DNA of 64,000 bases from Polymyxa betae A26-41 (Eukaryota; Protista; Endomyxa: Phytomyxea): assembly GCA_003693705.1 (NCBI GenBank), contig RBZT01000337.1:46125-110124 (forward strand), in the 5' to 3' direction. Under the pieces are notes generated by a model, which did no database searches, was not told the DNA's origin, and saw only the letters and a program-made list of their open reading frames with translations. Both the position numbers and the translations under genes were made by a program. Below are positions 49,876-62,839 of this stretch, in pieces (within the stretch, counting starts at the first letter, position 1; the number at the start of each line of letters is the position of its first letter).

Positions 49876-51620
49876 ATGGCGAGGACCTTTCTAAATGGTC
49901 CCGTCGAGTTCGAAGCCATGGCTTTGGCCAAGGCAAAGGAAGCGGAAGAGGCTCGCCAAATCGAACGGGCTAAGATTGTCAGGACTTTAAACCTACCGAC
50001 CGACGACGAGATTATCAAGTTACGACTTCGAGCTTGTGGTCATCCCATGGTCTTGTTTGGTGAAGACCCCCTTCATCGACGCGAACGTCTTAAGGAAATT
50101 GCAGCTACAATGCTCACAACAGATGATGAATCTGCTAGAAGATGGCACCAGATCGCTGAGACTCAGAAACTGGTCAGGCGGACCGCCTTTGATAGAAAGT
50201 TTAACAGAACCGTTTCTTTATATGCAAATTGTTGGCAGATATATTTCAGCCGTGGTTTCAGCAAATATTGTTCACTAACTCTGTTTGTAGTTAGACGAAA
50301 GTTTGAAAGCAGCCGCAGCTTATGGCAAATTGTACTATACGGAGGGCGGGCCTGAACTTCTTGCTGCACGTAAAGACATTGCCATGCTCTCGTTGAAACG
50401 TGCGCAGGACCGACTAGAGAGTTATCGATCTTTCACAGAAGCATCAGTTGAGTATTCTCTATCATGAAGTGCTGCTTTCTCTTTTTTACGATTCTCTATA
50501 GCACGATTATATCGCCAGATTGCAGACATTGAGCACATTCTACTGTACTGGATCGGAAGTCGGCGATACCAGACCTTTGTCATCTTGCTCATTTTCCAAA
50601 GAAGTCGACGACACTGGACTTCCCAAGCTGGCTTTGATATCTTCATGGTCGGGAATTTCATTCGTATGGGATCTTTCGACAAGGAGTCTGTCGAGGAAAT
50701 TAACTGGACATCGCGATCGAGTCTCTGATGCAAAGTTTGCCCCGTTTTGTTCTTCGCCTTCTTCTCTCTCGATCGCTACTGGTTATTACTCATCGCATGT
50801 TGTTGATTTATGCTAATCTATCAGCAGGTGGTGTTGACGCTGTAGTAAATTTATATTCGTCCGAAAGCAATGCTCCGGTTTCAACACTCTCTGGTCATTC
50901 TGATCGTATTGCACGAATCGCATTTCATCCAAATGGGCGTCATCTAGTTTCTGCAAGGTCTGCTGCCTCTGCTTGTAGTATTACATCTACTGATTTTCTC
51001 AGTTTTGATACAACGTTCCGCTTATGGGATTTAGAAACTCGCGCCTGTCTTCTGATTCAAGATGGCAATCCTCGTGGTCTTTATGGCATCGCTGTCCATC
51101 CAGACGGATCATTAGTTGCCACCGGCGATCTGGCTGGAAATGGAAGAGTATGGGACCTGCGAACTGGCAAGACGATCGTTGATCTGGTTGGCCATATTAA
51201 ACAGGTAATGTCACTGCCGCCGTCTCTCGAACCTTCTAAGTTTAATATCAGGTTCTCTGTGTCTGTGTATCACCGAATGGTTACCATGTTGCAACTGGTT
51301 CCGGTGACAATACGATTCGTATTTGGGACCTTCGCAAGCGCTCTTGTGTATATACTGTACCAGGCCATCTGAATATGGTCAGCGATGTAAAATTCGCTGC
51401 TAGAGATCAGTTTCTTGTTTCCTGCTCATATGATAAGACAATGCGACTCTGGTCAGCTAGGGATTTCTCTCCAGTTAAGACATTATCTGGACATGAAGAT
51501 AAGCTGACATCGGTGGATGTCAGCGAAGACTGTGGGCATTTAATTAGTGCATCATTTGATCGAACCTGGAAAACGTGGACGATATTAGAAGACCGCGATC
51601 GCATGGTGATGGATTCTTGA
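49876..51620 (+). CDS. PRPF4: U4/U6 snRNP protein Prp4 (SFM domain + WD40)
   Basis: LPTDDEIIKLRLRACGHPMVLFGEDPLHRRERL, SEVGDTRPLS and WD40 repeats (FHPNGRHL, RLWDL, HPDGSLVATG, ASFDRTWKTW). Confidence 0.92.
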
Positions 51621-51703
51621 ACAGTACAATAAAATTAAAAAAAGTATATTGTATATTTAAGAATAAATAATAAGTATCTCGAAATCAATTAGAACATTTT
51701 TGT

Positions 51704-52193
51704 TCAAGCTTGGGCTTGTTTCTTATTCTGACGTTGTTTTTGTTTCTTCAGCCTGCGTTTTTCAGACCGCTCCATTTCACGGTTCACGTCAGCTTGTGCT
51801 AGCAGAGACTCGTGGAAGTCAGCGAATGATTTGCGCTTCGTTGCAAGAGAAGACCTGCTTTCTTCGACCTCATTTCGTTCACTGTTCGGAGCTGGTGTGC
51901 ATTCTTGCGGCTGAAACAATTTGAATGAGAATTTAATATAAAAGCGGGAAACCGCATACCTTTTGATGAACCTGCTTCTGAAGCTTTTGCTGAATGGAAT
52001 TCACAGAGCCAGCAAAATTCCCAGGACGATGCGGAAGAAATTTAGCACCGAGGCCTAAGCGAGCGGGCCTGACCGTAAAATTTTGCTGACTGCATTCAAG
52101 CTGATAATCGGCAGCGGTATCAGCAAGAGATAACCACGACTGTACGAGTAGCCGAGTCTCCGATCTGTCAATCTCAAAATCGCATTGTTGCAT
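51704..52193 (-). CDS. Small hypothetical protein with RPARLGLGAKF motif and Lys-rich tail
   Basis: Two exons; conserved-looking RPARLGLGAK and ESRSSL motifs; basic C-terminus (nucleolar-like). Confidence 0.5.
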
Positions 52194-52268
52194 CACGAAG
52201 CACGGAGCTCCAATGAAGGCTCTCAGAGAGAGGCTCACGGACTCACGCAATTTATGAAAAATGTTTAA

Positions 52269-53135
52269 GAGTGCGGTTGGCTATCTGAGCTGCCGAATTT
52301 TGCAAAATTCTATTATTGCAATATTGTTGTAAAATATTGTAAGAACACGTTTTGACAAATTCCAGATCGTTTGGATGCACTGTTTATGAATAAAAAAACA
52401 CAAAGTTGATAGTTCGCATCGAATATTTTTACAGTAGCTCTCTTTGCGACAATCATGTCAAATGAAGGGCAGTTTCAAAGAATTCACAACCGCATCGAAA
52501 TGTTTTGCTCAGTTTATATTTATTACTAAAGGGATGTATTCCAAACGTACCCGCTAATAGTCTCGCAGGAATGCTGAAAGCGCTTTTGGGAGCTTTTATT
52601 GGATGCATTTTGACCGACGACATACAGGAAAATAGCCAACTGGTGGTCTTAGGTAGTGATACCTCGAGATGGCATCAGGCACCCTTTAGCAACGATGAAG
52701 TTTTCAGATGAAGGAAGGTGAAACGATTCATTCGGAAGAACTCCAAGAAGCGCCGTTCGATGGTAGTATGCGACAGCAATTCCTACATTTAGAGGCAGCC
52801 GGTCATGATGGACGTTCTGCATGACTCCCTGCAAAGGTATTGATCCGCATACCATCATGTTGCTAGGACAAGAAAGTCTGCAGCATTGCCGTCACCGTCA
52901 TCGATGCCGCAAGCCTCAAGACCCCTGGAGAAAACAGAAGCCATATCTCGAACGGCAGGTAATATTTAAATTTGCAGCCCAAAAATTTAGGTCAGAGCTG
53001 AATATCGTATTTTGCAAAATTCAAGGGTATTTTGCAAAAATCCCGATTTTGCAAGAAAGGCATCCAAACACGTTCAGCATCTTTTATTTTGTAAAATAGG
53101 CAATTTTGCAAAATTGCGAGTATCCAAACGCACCC
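52269..53135 (-). mobile_element. Internally deleted, degenerate PIF/Harbinger transposon
   Basis: TAA on both flanks. Termini GAGTGCGGTTGGCTA and (revcomp) GGGTGCGTTTGGATA, 12/15 match. Subterminal TTTTGCAAAA palindromes at both ends. Minus-strand transposase relic RTSIMTG..ELL..RRFLEFFRMNRFTFLHL / QLAIFLYVVGQNASNKSSQKRFQHSCETISGY with stops and frameshifts (~52830-52530). Confidence 0.85.
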
Positions 53136-53313
53136 TAAAACAAATTCTAAGCTTTAGACTGAGAGAGAGAGAGAGATCCAAAGTGCGAAGTACTTAGCTT
53201 TCACTAACTTCGCTTTGCGATAGAGATTTGGAGATCTTAAATTTTGTTTTGTTAGTGTAATGAAGCTGGGACGATTTGTAAGGCAAGTTCGACAATAGCC
53301 GATAGGGCATTGT

Positions 53314-53601
53314 TTAATGATATCGGTTTCGTAAATATTCATTAAAATCTAGGTTTTTTTGAAGGCGACTGTGAAAGCGGCGCTCACGTTCTTTAGGATC
53401 GTCGACAACATCATGACCATGATGCGAGGCTTTGCAAAGTCGATCGTGACCTCTGAACTGAATACAGTGTGCATGACCATCAGGCGCCCAGGCGTCTTGT
53501 TTATCGTAATTGTTAAAATCGCCATCTATTGCAGAGCATTGTATTGCAGCCAAAGTGAATAATGTCAGAAGTAGCGAAATATTCATCCAATGATTGAGCA
53601 T
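53314..53601 (-). CDS. Small putative secreted protein (effector candidate)
   Basis: Signal-peptide-like MNISLLLTLFTLAAIQCSA, then a ~70-aa charged, His-rich mature region with two Cys; single exon. Confidence 0.45.
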   Translation of the reverse strand: MLNHWMNISLLLTLFTLAAIQCSAIDGDFNNYDKQDAWAPDGHAHCIQFRGHDRLCKASHHGHDVVDDPKERERRFHSRLQKNLDFNEYLRNRYH

Positions 53602-53799
53602 CTTACTTAACCATAATAGTTATCAGTTTGCAATAGGCTATGTTCCTGTGATTTGTAGCTCGTGATTCAATGCCCATGATTCATGTTTCATAGCATGGAA
53701 TTATGGTATAAAGACAGTATTTTGAAGTTCCCGACGGTTGATTTATTTACGGGTATTGCGATATCTGCTCTGTTGATCAGCAGGATCGTAGGACCTGAT

Positions 53800-54189
53800 A
53801 TGCATCCTGTCATCAGTCTGTATCGTTCAGTTCTACGGTTGTCACGGCGCCTGCATGCTGTCAAACCGAAATCTGGACGATGTGCCGCCGATCTAGCTAG
53901 GGCGCTGTTCAGAGAACAGAACCCTCTGATTACCTCTGACGAGAGCATCAAAACTGCTGTAAAAACTGCTTCCATTCTGCAGGCAGCATTAGAGCAGTCA
54001 GGCCCAGAACGGCGTCTGATTTTCAATATGATCCGCATGCAAACTGATGCACTACCTCTCCGGGCACAGAAGGCAAGCATTAAAACACTTTTAGATGAAA
54101 TCCAAAAAGACTTTACGAATGGCGTCACAAGCCTAGAAACTAATGTTAATATCAAAATATGGAAATCGTCCAAGAAAGAGCCAATATAA
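53800..54189 (+). CDS. LYR-motif mitochondrial protein
   Basis: MHPVISLYRSVLRLSRRL...ARALFRE fits the LYR...F pattern. Confidence 0.6.
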   Translation: MHPVISLYRSVLRLSRRLHAVKPKSGRCAADLARALFREQNPLITSDESIKTAVKTASILQAALEQSGPERRLIFNMIRMQTDALPLRAQKASIKTLLDEIQKDFTNGVTSLETNVNIKIWKSSKKEPI

Positions 54190-54846
54190 AATTTAATTGC
54201 AAGGTTAGATGTTATCATCTACTGTATGTTGAGTTAGATTAAAACAACATCAAGCTATCTAGGGGGCTACGCATCATCGCTCTGTCATCAGGTTTCATTT
54301 TGTATTAACCTAATTCATGACACCAATCATTCCTTGTCCTGTCCTACCTCGAATGCTGTCTTATATGAGGACACTGCCACCATCTCTGCCTCTTGTCCCT
54401 TTTGATACAGAGCTATTAGCTTGTCCTAAAAAGAAGGTTTTGATCGAATGTTTGGCTGGTCATTGGGTCTTATTAGATATCTGTAGATCTCAGTGTTTAA
54501 ACGGCGATTACGTCAGGCTGGTCATCGAGCTCAAGAAGGCACTCCTTATAAGCCATATAAAATTTGCTCGAGTTGCGGCAGCGCTGTCGAATTACATTAT
54601 CTCTGCATGAAATGCACCAAGGAACACATCCGACAGCATCGCCATAACAACTCTGTGCCATGATGGTTTTATTACTACCGTAGATAAAGATGGGAAAGAA
54701 TCTGTTCCGATTTGAAAGAGAATCTAAATGTTGGTAGCACATACCATGACTGCATGTTGATCAAGTTACCCAGTCAGCAATGATAGAGTTTACACTTATC
54801 ATTGTCATACAGTCCCAAACACATTTCACATTTCTGCTTGACACTC

Positions 54847-55818
54847 ATGCGCATATCAGATATGGAATCGCTGGAAATCGCTGTCGATGATGCTAATAGC
54901 CGCTCACAGCGAACACCTGTTCGTCTGCCAAGTGATGATGGCATTTCACAGCAAAATCGATCACCGCATCGTAAACCGAGTGTGACCTTATCCGAGGTCA
55001 TGCAGACCATTCAAGATTCTCAGGTATCCACTTGCGATGTAGTTACATGATTTTTATTCTAACAACAGTATAGTGGTGCCCGAATCGTAATATTGTCTAC
55101 AACCTAAGTATTTGCAACTCTGACTCTGTTCTCAGCATATGCCGTCACCGCTGAGTTCTTTGGGACATTCGCGTTCCTGTTCACGACAACATTGGGTGTC
55201 ACATATAGCAACGGCGAAACTATCAATGTGGCAACAAGCTACGGTATCACGCTGGCTGTTGTTATATTTATAACGGCTCCCGTTAGCGGTGGACACATCA
55301 ATCCAGCTGTTTCATTCGCTCTGGCCCTTCACAGGCATCTTTCCTGGACTATGTGTGCATACTATGTTGTCGCCCAAATGGCCGGTGGCATTGTTGGCGT
55401 TGGTGTCGCCTATGGGGTCGCTGATCAATTAATTGGCAACATTTTTGTCAACGACAAGGTGTCGTTCGTCTCTGCATTTTTTGGTGAAGCCGTTGGGACA
55501 TGGTTCCTGGTTACGACTGTCTTTGCTACCGCAGTAGAGACGAGTAATGGGAAGATCACAAAATCGAAGATCGCCTTAGGAGCTATGGCTCCGATGATTA
55601 TAGGCTGGTCAGTCTGGGCAATCCATTTCGCGTTGATTGGCGTGACTGGTTGTGGTGTGAACCCAGCTCGATATCTAGCTACAGCTCTAGTACTTAACAA
55701 ATGGCGACTGAATCAGGTATGGATCTATTTCTTAGGGCCTTTAGTTGGAGCTCTGGTCTCTCTTCCGACCTACAAGATCCTCTATCACAAAACCAGACCT
55801 CGTACCGCGATTCAATAA
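54847..55818 (+). CDS. Aquaporin (MIP family)
   Basis: AEFFGTF, SGGHINPAVS, GEAVGTWFL and TGCGVNPAR; exons 54847-55023, 55074-55086 (micro-exon) and 55136-55818. Confidence 0.95.
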
Positions 55819-56085
55819 ATTACATTAGGTTTGCACTTAGGTCGTTTCAGTGGCCGATTTTGTGTTGTCAGGCATATGGTGAGAGAACAGCATTGATTTA
55901 TGGTGAAATTAATGAGGAGATTCCCGAATGTATTTGAATCACAATTAGATGTATGGTAGATTTGATTAGAAGGGAATGACGCCGAATCCCTAACAAGGTC
56001 AGAGCTCATTTATCTCAATCTTGTTCTTTGCCCCAGTTGAAAAAGCATAGTCTCGAAATAATCGCCAGAGCGACAGGGAAAAAGT

Positions 56086-56106
56086 GCGTCACGGATACCG
56101 TCACGG
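56086..56106 (+). promoter_or_regulatory. Tandem CGTCACGG motif upstream of eIF4A (candidate promoter element)
   Basis: GCGTCACGG and CCGTCACGG about 105-125 bp before the ATG; the same core occurs upstream of several other genes. Confidence 0.4.
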
Positions 56107-56209
56107 CCTTTTCTGATCGCACATATTCTAGCGGCTCTATATTATATTGGCTTGGTGCCCATTACGAACTCGTCTCTCTCTATTTGACACATTTGTCCCC
56201 CTGCCCAAC

Positions 56210-57554
56210 ATGGATCCTAAGAATGCAGCTGGCGAACAAAGCACCGCCGACGTCCTCAGCAAGGACTCTGCCCTAGACCAGCTCACTGATGATATGATCA
56301 CTTCCAACTGGGATGAGGCTGTGTCTTCTTTCGATGATATGGGCCTGCGTGACGATCTGCTTCGTGGTATCTATGGTTACGGTTTCGAAAAGCCCAGTGC
56401 CATTCAGCAACGTGGTATCGTCCCCATTGTTAAGGTACCGCTTGGGGCCGGTATTCCCTGGATATGTACCTATATTGACTGTGTATAGGGTCATGACACT
56501 ATTGCTCAAGCCCAATCCGGTACTGGAAAGACGGCTACATTTTCGATCTCGATGTTGCAGCGTATTGATACGGATGTGAAGGAGACTCAAGCTCTATTGT
56601 TGGCCCCAACTCGTGAATTAGCTCAGCAGATTCAGAAAGTGTTGGATGCATTGGGTGATTATATGAAGGTAATGTTTAGGATTCTACTATGTATCTATAA
56701 GAATCTTATTCTATTTATAGGTGACATCTCATGCTTGTGTTGGTGGTACTGCTGTTCGTGACGATATTCGCATTCTTCGTGATGGTGTCCAGATCGTTGT
56801 TGGAACTCCTGGCCGTGTGTTCGATATGATTAACCGAGGTGCTTTGAACCTGTCGAAGGTCAAGTCTTTCGTCCTGGATGAAGCCGATGAAATGTTGTCT
56901 CGTGGTTTCAAGGACCAAATATATGATGTATTCCAGCATCTGCCTTCTAAGGTTCAAGTCTGTTTATTCTCAGCTACCATGCCTGAAGATATCCTGGCTA
57001 TTACATCACGATTCATGCGTGATCCCGTCCGAATCTTGGTGAAACGCGATGAATTGACCCTGGAAGGTATCAAGCAGTTCTATGTGTCGGTTGATAAGGA
57101 AGATTGGAAGCTCGACACTCTATGTGATCTCTATGAGACATTGACCATCACTCAAGCTATCATCTATTGTAATACTCGTCGTAAGGTTGACTGGCTCACC
57201 GATAAGATGGGCCAGCGTGACTTCACCGTCTCAGCTATGCATGGTGATATGACTCAAGCTGAACGTGAAATGATCTTAAAAGAGTTCCGATCTGGTTCAT
57301 CTCGTGTTTTGGTCACAACCGATTTATTAGCTCGTGGTATTGATGTCCAACAAGTGTCTCTGGTTATCAACTACGATTTGCCATCGAACCGTGAGAACTA
57401 CATCCATCGTATTGGACGTTCAGGTCGATTTGGTCGTAAGGGTGTAGCTATCAACTTCGTGACGCAAGAAGATGTTCGTATGCTTCGTGAACTGGAAGAG
57501 TTCTACAACACGACCGTTGAAGAGATGCCAATGAACGTGGCCGACCTGATTTAA
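56210..57554 (+). CDS. EIF4A: Eukaryotic initiation factor 4A (DEAD-box helicase)
   Basis: [65 protein letters not shown]; two introns. Confidence 0.97.
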
Positions 57555-57673
57555 TTAAATCTGTATGTCTCTCGTTCTCTATTTTGCAAAAAAATTGCAC
57601 CAAATTCCCTCCAACACAATACAATGCCATATCCCAGATACATGTTTATAGATAGATAGAAATAATGAGGTCG

Positions 57674-58154
57674 TTATCGGGACTTGCATAACTTATCGAG
57701 AAGAAAGCGCTGATTCTGTTCTACTTTTTCCAAAGATGCTATTTGCTCTTGATATCTCTCCAGTTCAGCTGTCTTATGTGCAATCATAGCACGTAAATCA
57801 TGCTGTCTTGTCTGACGTAAACTGGTCTCGGTTTCAGCACGATTTCGTAATCCGATTGCCTAACCTCATTAGGTATGTTGATTCCGTATTCATTCGCTAA
57901 CCTGCAGCTTCTCTTGTTCGATTTTGTGTGATTGAGCTTGCATTAAGGCAATAATCTGTCCAACCATCTCCTGAAATGCGCCGAGCTCTGAATCATTGCT
58001 CAGAAATGATTTAATAATGGTTTTGGAACATACTGATGGCGAACTGTCCAGCTTCAGCTCCAACCCATTCAACTTGAGAGAATAAGGCTGGCTCCATAAT
58101 TCGAATTCGATTGTTCTCATCGAACGTGATCAATGATGGTCGAGATGTTGCCAT
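57674..58154 (-). CDS. IFT20: Intraflagellar transport protein 20
   Basis: Spliced MATSRPSLITFDENNRIRIMEP...FQEMV...IEQEKLQAIGLRN...KTAELERY...SLEKVEQ. Confidence 0.88.
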
Positions 58155-58241
58155 TATTTCCCGAATTAATTATGCAAGTAGTACCATTGATGTGATCTCT
58201 TTCAATCATCGTCACAGGAAGGCTCAATTTTGGCAATTTTT

Positions 58242-60029
<1,788 letters not shown>

Positions 60030-60126
60030 ATCGATATTCTATATACTTCTATCTCAAATAATCGATCTATAAACAGTACTATCCATGTGCTGATCCAATC
60101 CCATTATAACTCAAATATGTTCATTT

Positions 60127-61467
60127 TTATCCAAGTTTTCCTTGACGAGCTTTTTTCATCATATGATGCAACGATTTGTTGCTGAAATGGCTAATTAGTT
60201 GGGCCGTGCTAAAAACACCTCCAACAATGGCACATAGCTGGACAATAAAATGCAAAAATGACGTCCTCTTCTGCGTGAATTGAACCGTGATTGGAGACAA
60301 ATCGTATCGGAAATACACGGCCGGAATCTGAAAGTGTCCTTCGAGGCTGTTGGAATTAGCTGTAAATTGGAACGTTTTTGTGATTCGACCCGATAGCTCC
60401 TTATAAATGGTGGGAACCACTTTAATGTAATATTCAAAGCTGGTTGTATGTACATGCGCTGCAAAGCCTGATTTAGGACGCGGAAAATCACAATCAACAG
60501 CAACGACCCAACCTGGATCGCCCTCTGCTACAATATGAGCAGCGCCATTCAGAGGCGTAAATGCAGAAACAGCCCCAGAAACATGGACCAGTTCGCCATA
60601 TGATAAATGATGGATGATATGGCTGCAATTCATCGGGTGCTTCTGGAGCAAAGTCAGACAAGGTTATAAAGAGAAACGAAGAGAGCAGACATCGTTAAAG
60701 TAGACATCAGCAAGCTCATAATGAGCATGTGCACTTATATGAAAGTTGCCTGGAAATCGCTCACGTTTGAATATCATTAATGACAAGTAAATATAACCAA
60801 TAACGACTAACCGGGGACCTAGTTAGCCATCATATTCAGATCTAGTATACAGATATACTGCTCCACATACCTTCTTGACGTAGACGCTGCCATGTACTCG
60901 GCAACCTTCACCGATGTATTCTTTAGCTCCAGATTGGGTGAGACCAAAAGCTGAAAATGGTTCGTCTTTCGCGTTGCCGAAAGGGTCTAATCTCGTCTTA
61001 ATCAGTTCACCGCCGACATCAGTCTGATGTGATCCCATAACGTCTTGACTGTAATGGCATTACTTCCATGACACAAATCATATATGGGAATCTTACACAT
61101 CAACAGATAATACTATTACATGCTTTAAATTAGCGGAGCAAGGATTTGATGCAGTGCTTACTAGAGCATGGTAATGCTAACATCGATATATCCATATTAA
61201 TTGGAAGAATGGATTGTCTGCCATTTAGTTCGGGATCTACGAACATGCTGTTAACGGTCTCAGTTGTCAGGAACGACATGAACTCGGATAAGAATAAGAC
61301 CACGATCGAAACAAACGCGAATATCGATAGGGATGCCCCAGCAACGGTTGGCTCTGAGATCCAGACATCAGTTGGATGTTGGGTGTCATTAACAGAAATT
61401 GACCTGTGAGGTCGGCGGGGATCTCTCTATAAACATCAAATCTTTTTAGACTTCTTATAAGCGACAT
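60127..61467 (-). CDS. ER-Golgi intermediate compartment protein (Erv46/ERGIC3 family)
   Basis: LKRFDVYR, PCSILSVDVQD, EGCRVHGSV, GNFH, HIIHHLSYG, YYIKVVPT, PAVYFRYDLSPI, CAIVGGVF; C-terminal GKLG. Confidence 0.9.
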
Positions 61468-61811
61468 GATTGGACTTTGACGTTGCTACAAGACTGATGT
61501 CTTGTATACGTCTAACGAGCCCTAGATGTTATATAACACAAATATTGAGTTAGATATAATGAGATGGAAGGGATGTATGAAGGTGGCCACGCCTATACAG
61601 TCTCTATACATCTCTAATCTGAACTCGTCACACGATATCTCCACATCAACATGCTCATTACCAGCCCAATCAATCGAAAGCAGTGCCAAACAAACGTCGG
61701 GCAATAGCGTTGTCGTTGAAATTAGAAATGTGTTTATTAGCGACTACTAGACAATGTTAGCAACAGCAGCGAAACAAGATCGGATTGGATTTGACCAGTT
61801 CGTCAATTTCA

Positions 61812-62792
61812 TCACGAATCAACAGGCGTTGGCGATTCTGCCCAGTCTACATCGACTGATTCCTGACGCCCACCTATTTGTTGACCCAACCAGTCAACAA
61901 TTCGACTGATCATGATGACATGATTGCCTCCAGAGAAGCTACAGGATTGAATCAGATCGAATAGTTGGATCTGTCGACTTACTTATGATCACATCCTTCA
62001 AGTTCTATCAGCGTATGGTTCTTGATATAATTATCCCATTGTCTTGAATCAGCAATATGAACAACCTCATCATTAGTCCCATGTACTGTTAAGACAGCGA
62101 TATGTTCAGGTATATTCTTCATCTGAGCGATTGATGTTTGAGAACTGGTCGGCAGTCGTTTTAAAGAGCATTGCTGACCTCTTCACTCATATCAATGTCC
62201 AGTCTTTCATCCAAGGTTTCTTTGGTTACGATAAGCGTTCGCTTTCCAATACGCCAGTAGAAGCTGCCATCTTCATACAGATCATGAAGTTGGGCTTCAG
62301 AAAACTTGTCAAACACGCCCAGTTGCATATTAAATCGTCTGATGAAGTAATATTTTTCAAGTAGAGCACAGAACTGAATATTACTACTGACCCACTAATA
62401 TTTACAATATGATTGACATTTGAATATGATGAAGCAGCATAAAGTAAAGCTACATCAGCTCCCATTGAATGACCGATAATAGCGATAGGCTTTAGAGACT
62501 GTTCGATTAGGTATTGTACAGCAGCATGAAGATCGTTAACCTGACTACGATATGCACCATAGTTCCATGGACCTTGACTTGCACCATTACCAGTAAAATC
62601 AAATCTAAATACCCGGCATGATAGACGCTGACAAATGATATGAGATAGTGTTGGGATCCATCTCCATGAACTATTTGCTAATAGACCATGACAGATAATC
62701 ATCACCTTATCTGATGTAGATTGGTCATGATCCACTAATACACCATACAGATTCAATCCAAGTTCATTTCTGAAAGTCACCTCTTGTTCCAT
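61812..62792 (-). CDS. Alpha/beta-fold serine hydrolase
   Basis: IICHG, FRFDFTGNGASQG, nucleophile GHSMG, VHGTNDEVV, EGCDH; the catalytic triad is identifiable. Confidence 0.85.
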
Positions 62793-62839
62793 TGATTAAT
62801 TATCCATCTGATACTACATATATCAAGTAATATATAATA

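Noticed and set aside
53160-53177. (GA)n microsatellite
   Set aside because: Short and ordinary.
54250-54780. Short ORFs between the LYR gene and the aquaporin
   Set aside because: No recognisable motif or consistent exon chain.
55024-55035. GTATCCAC donor resembling a U12-type 5' splice site
   Set aside because: Not the full GTATCCTT consensus and intron length is typical; insufficient evidence.
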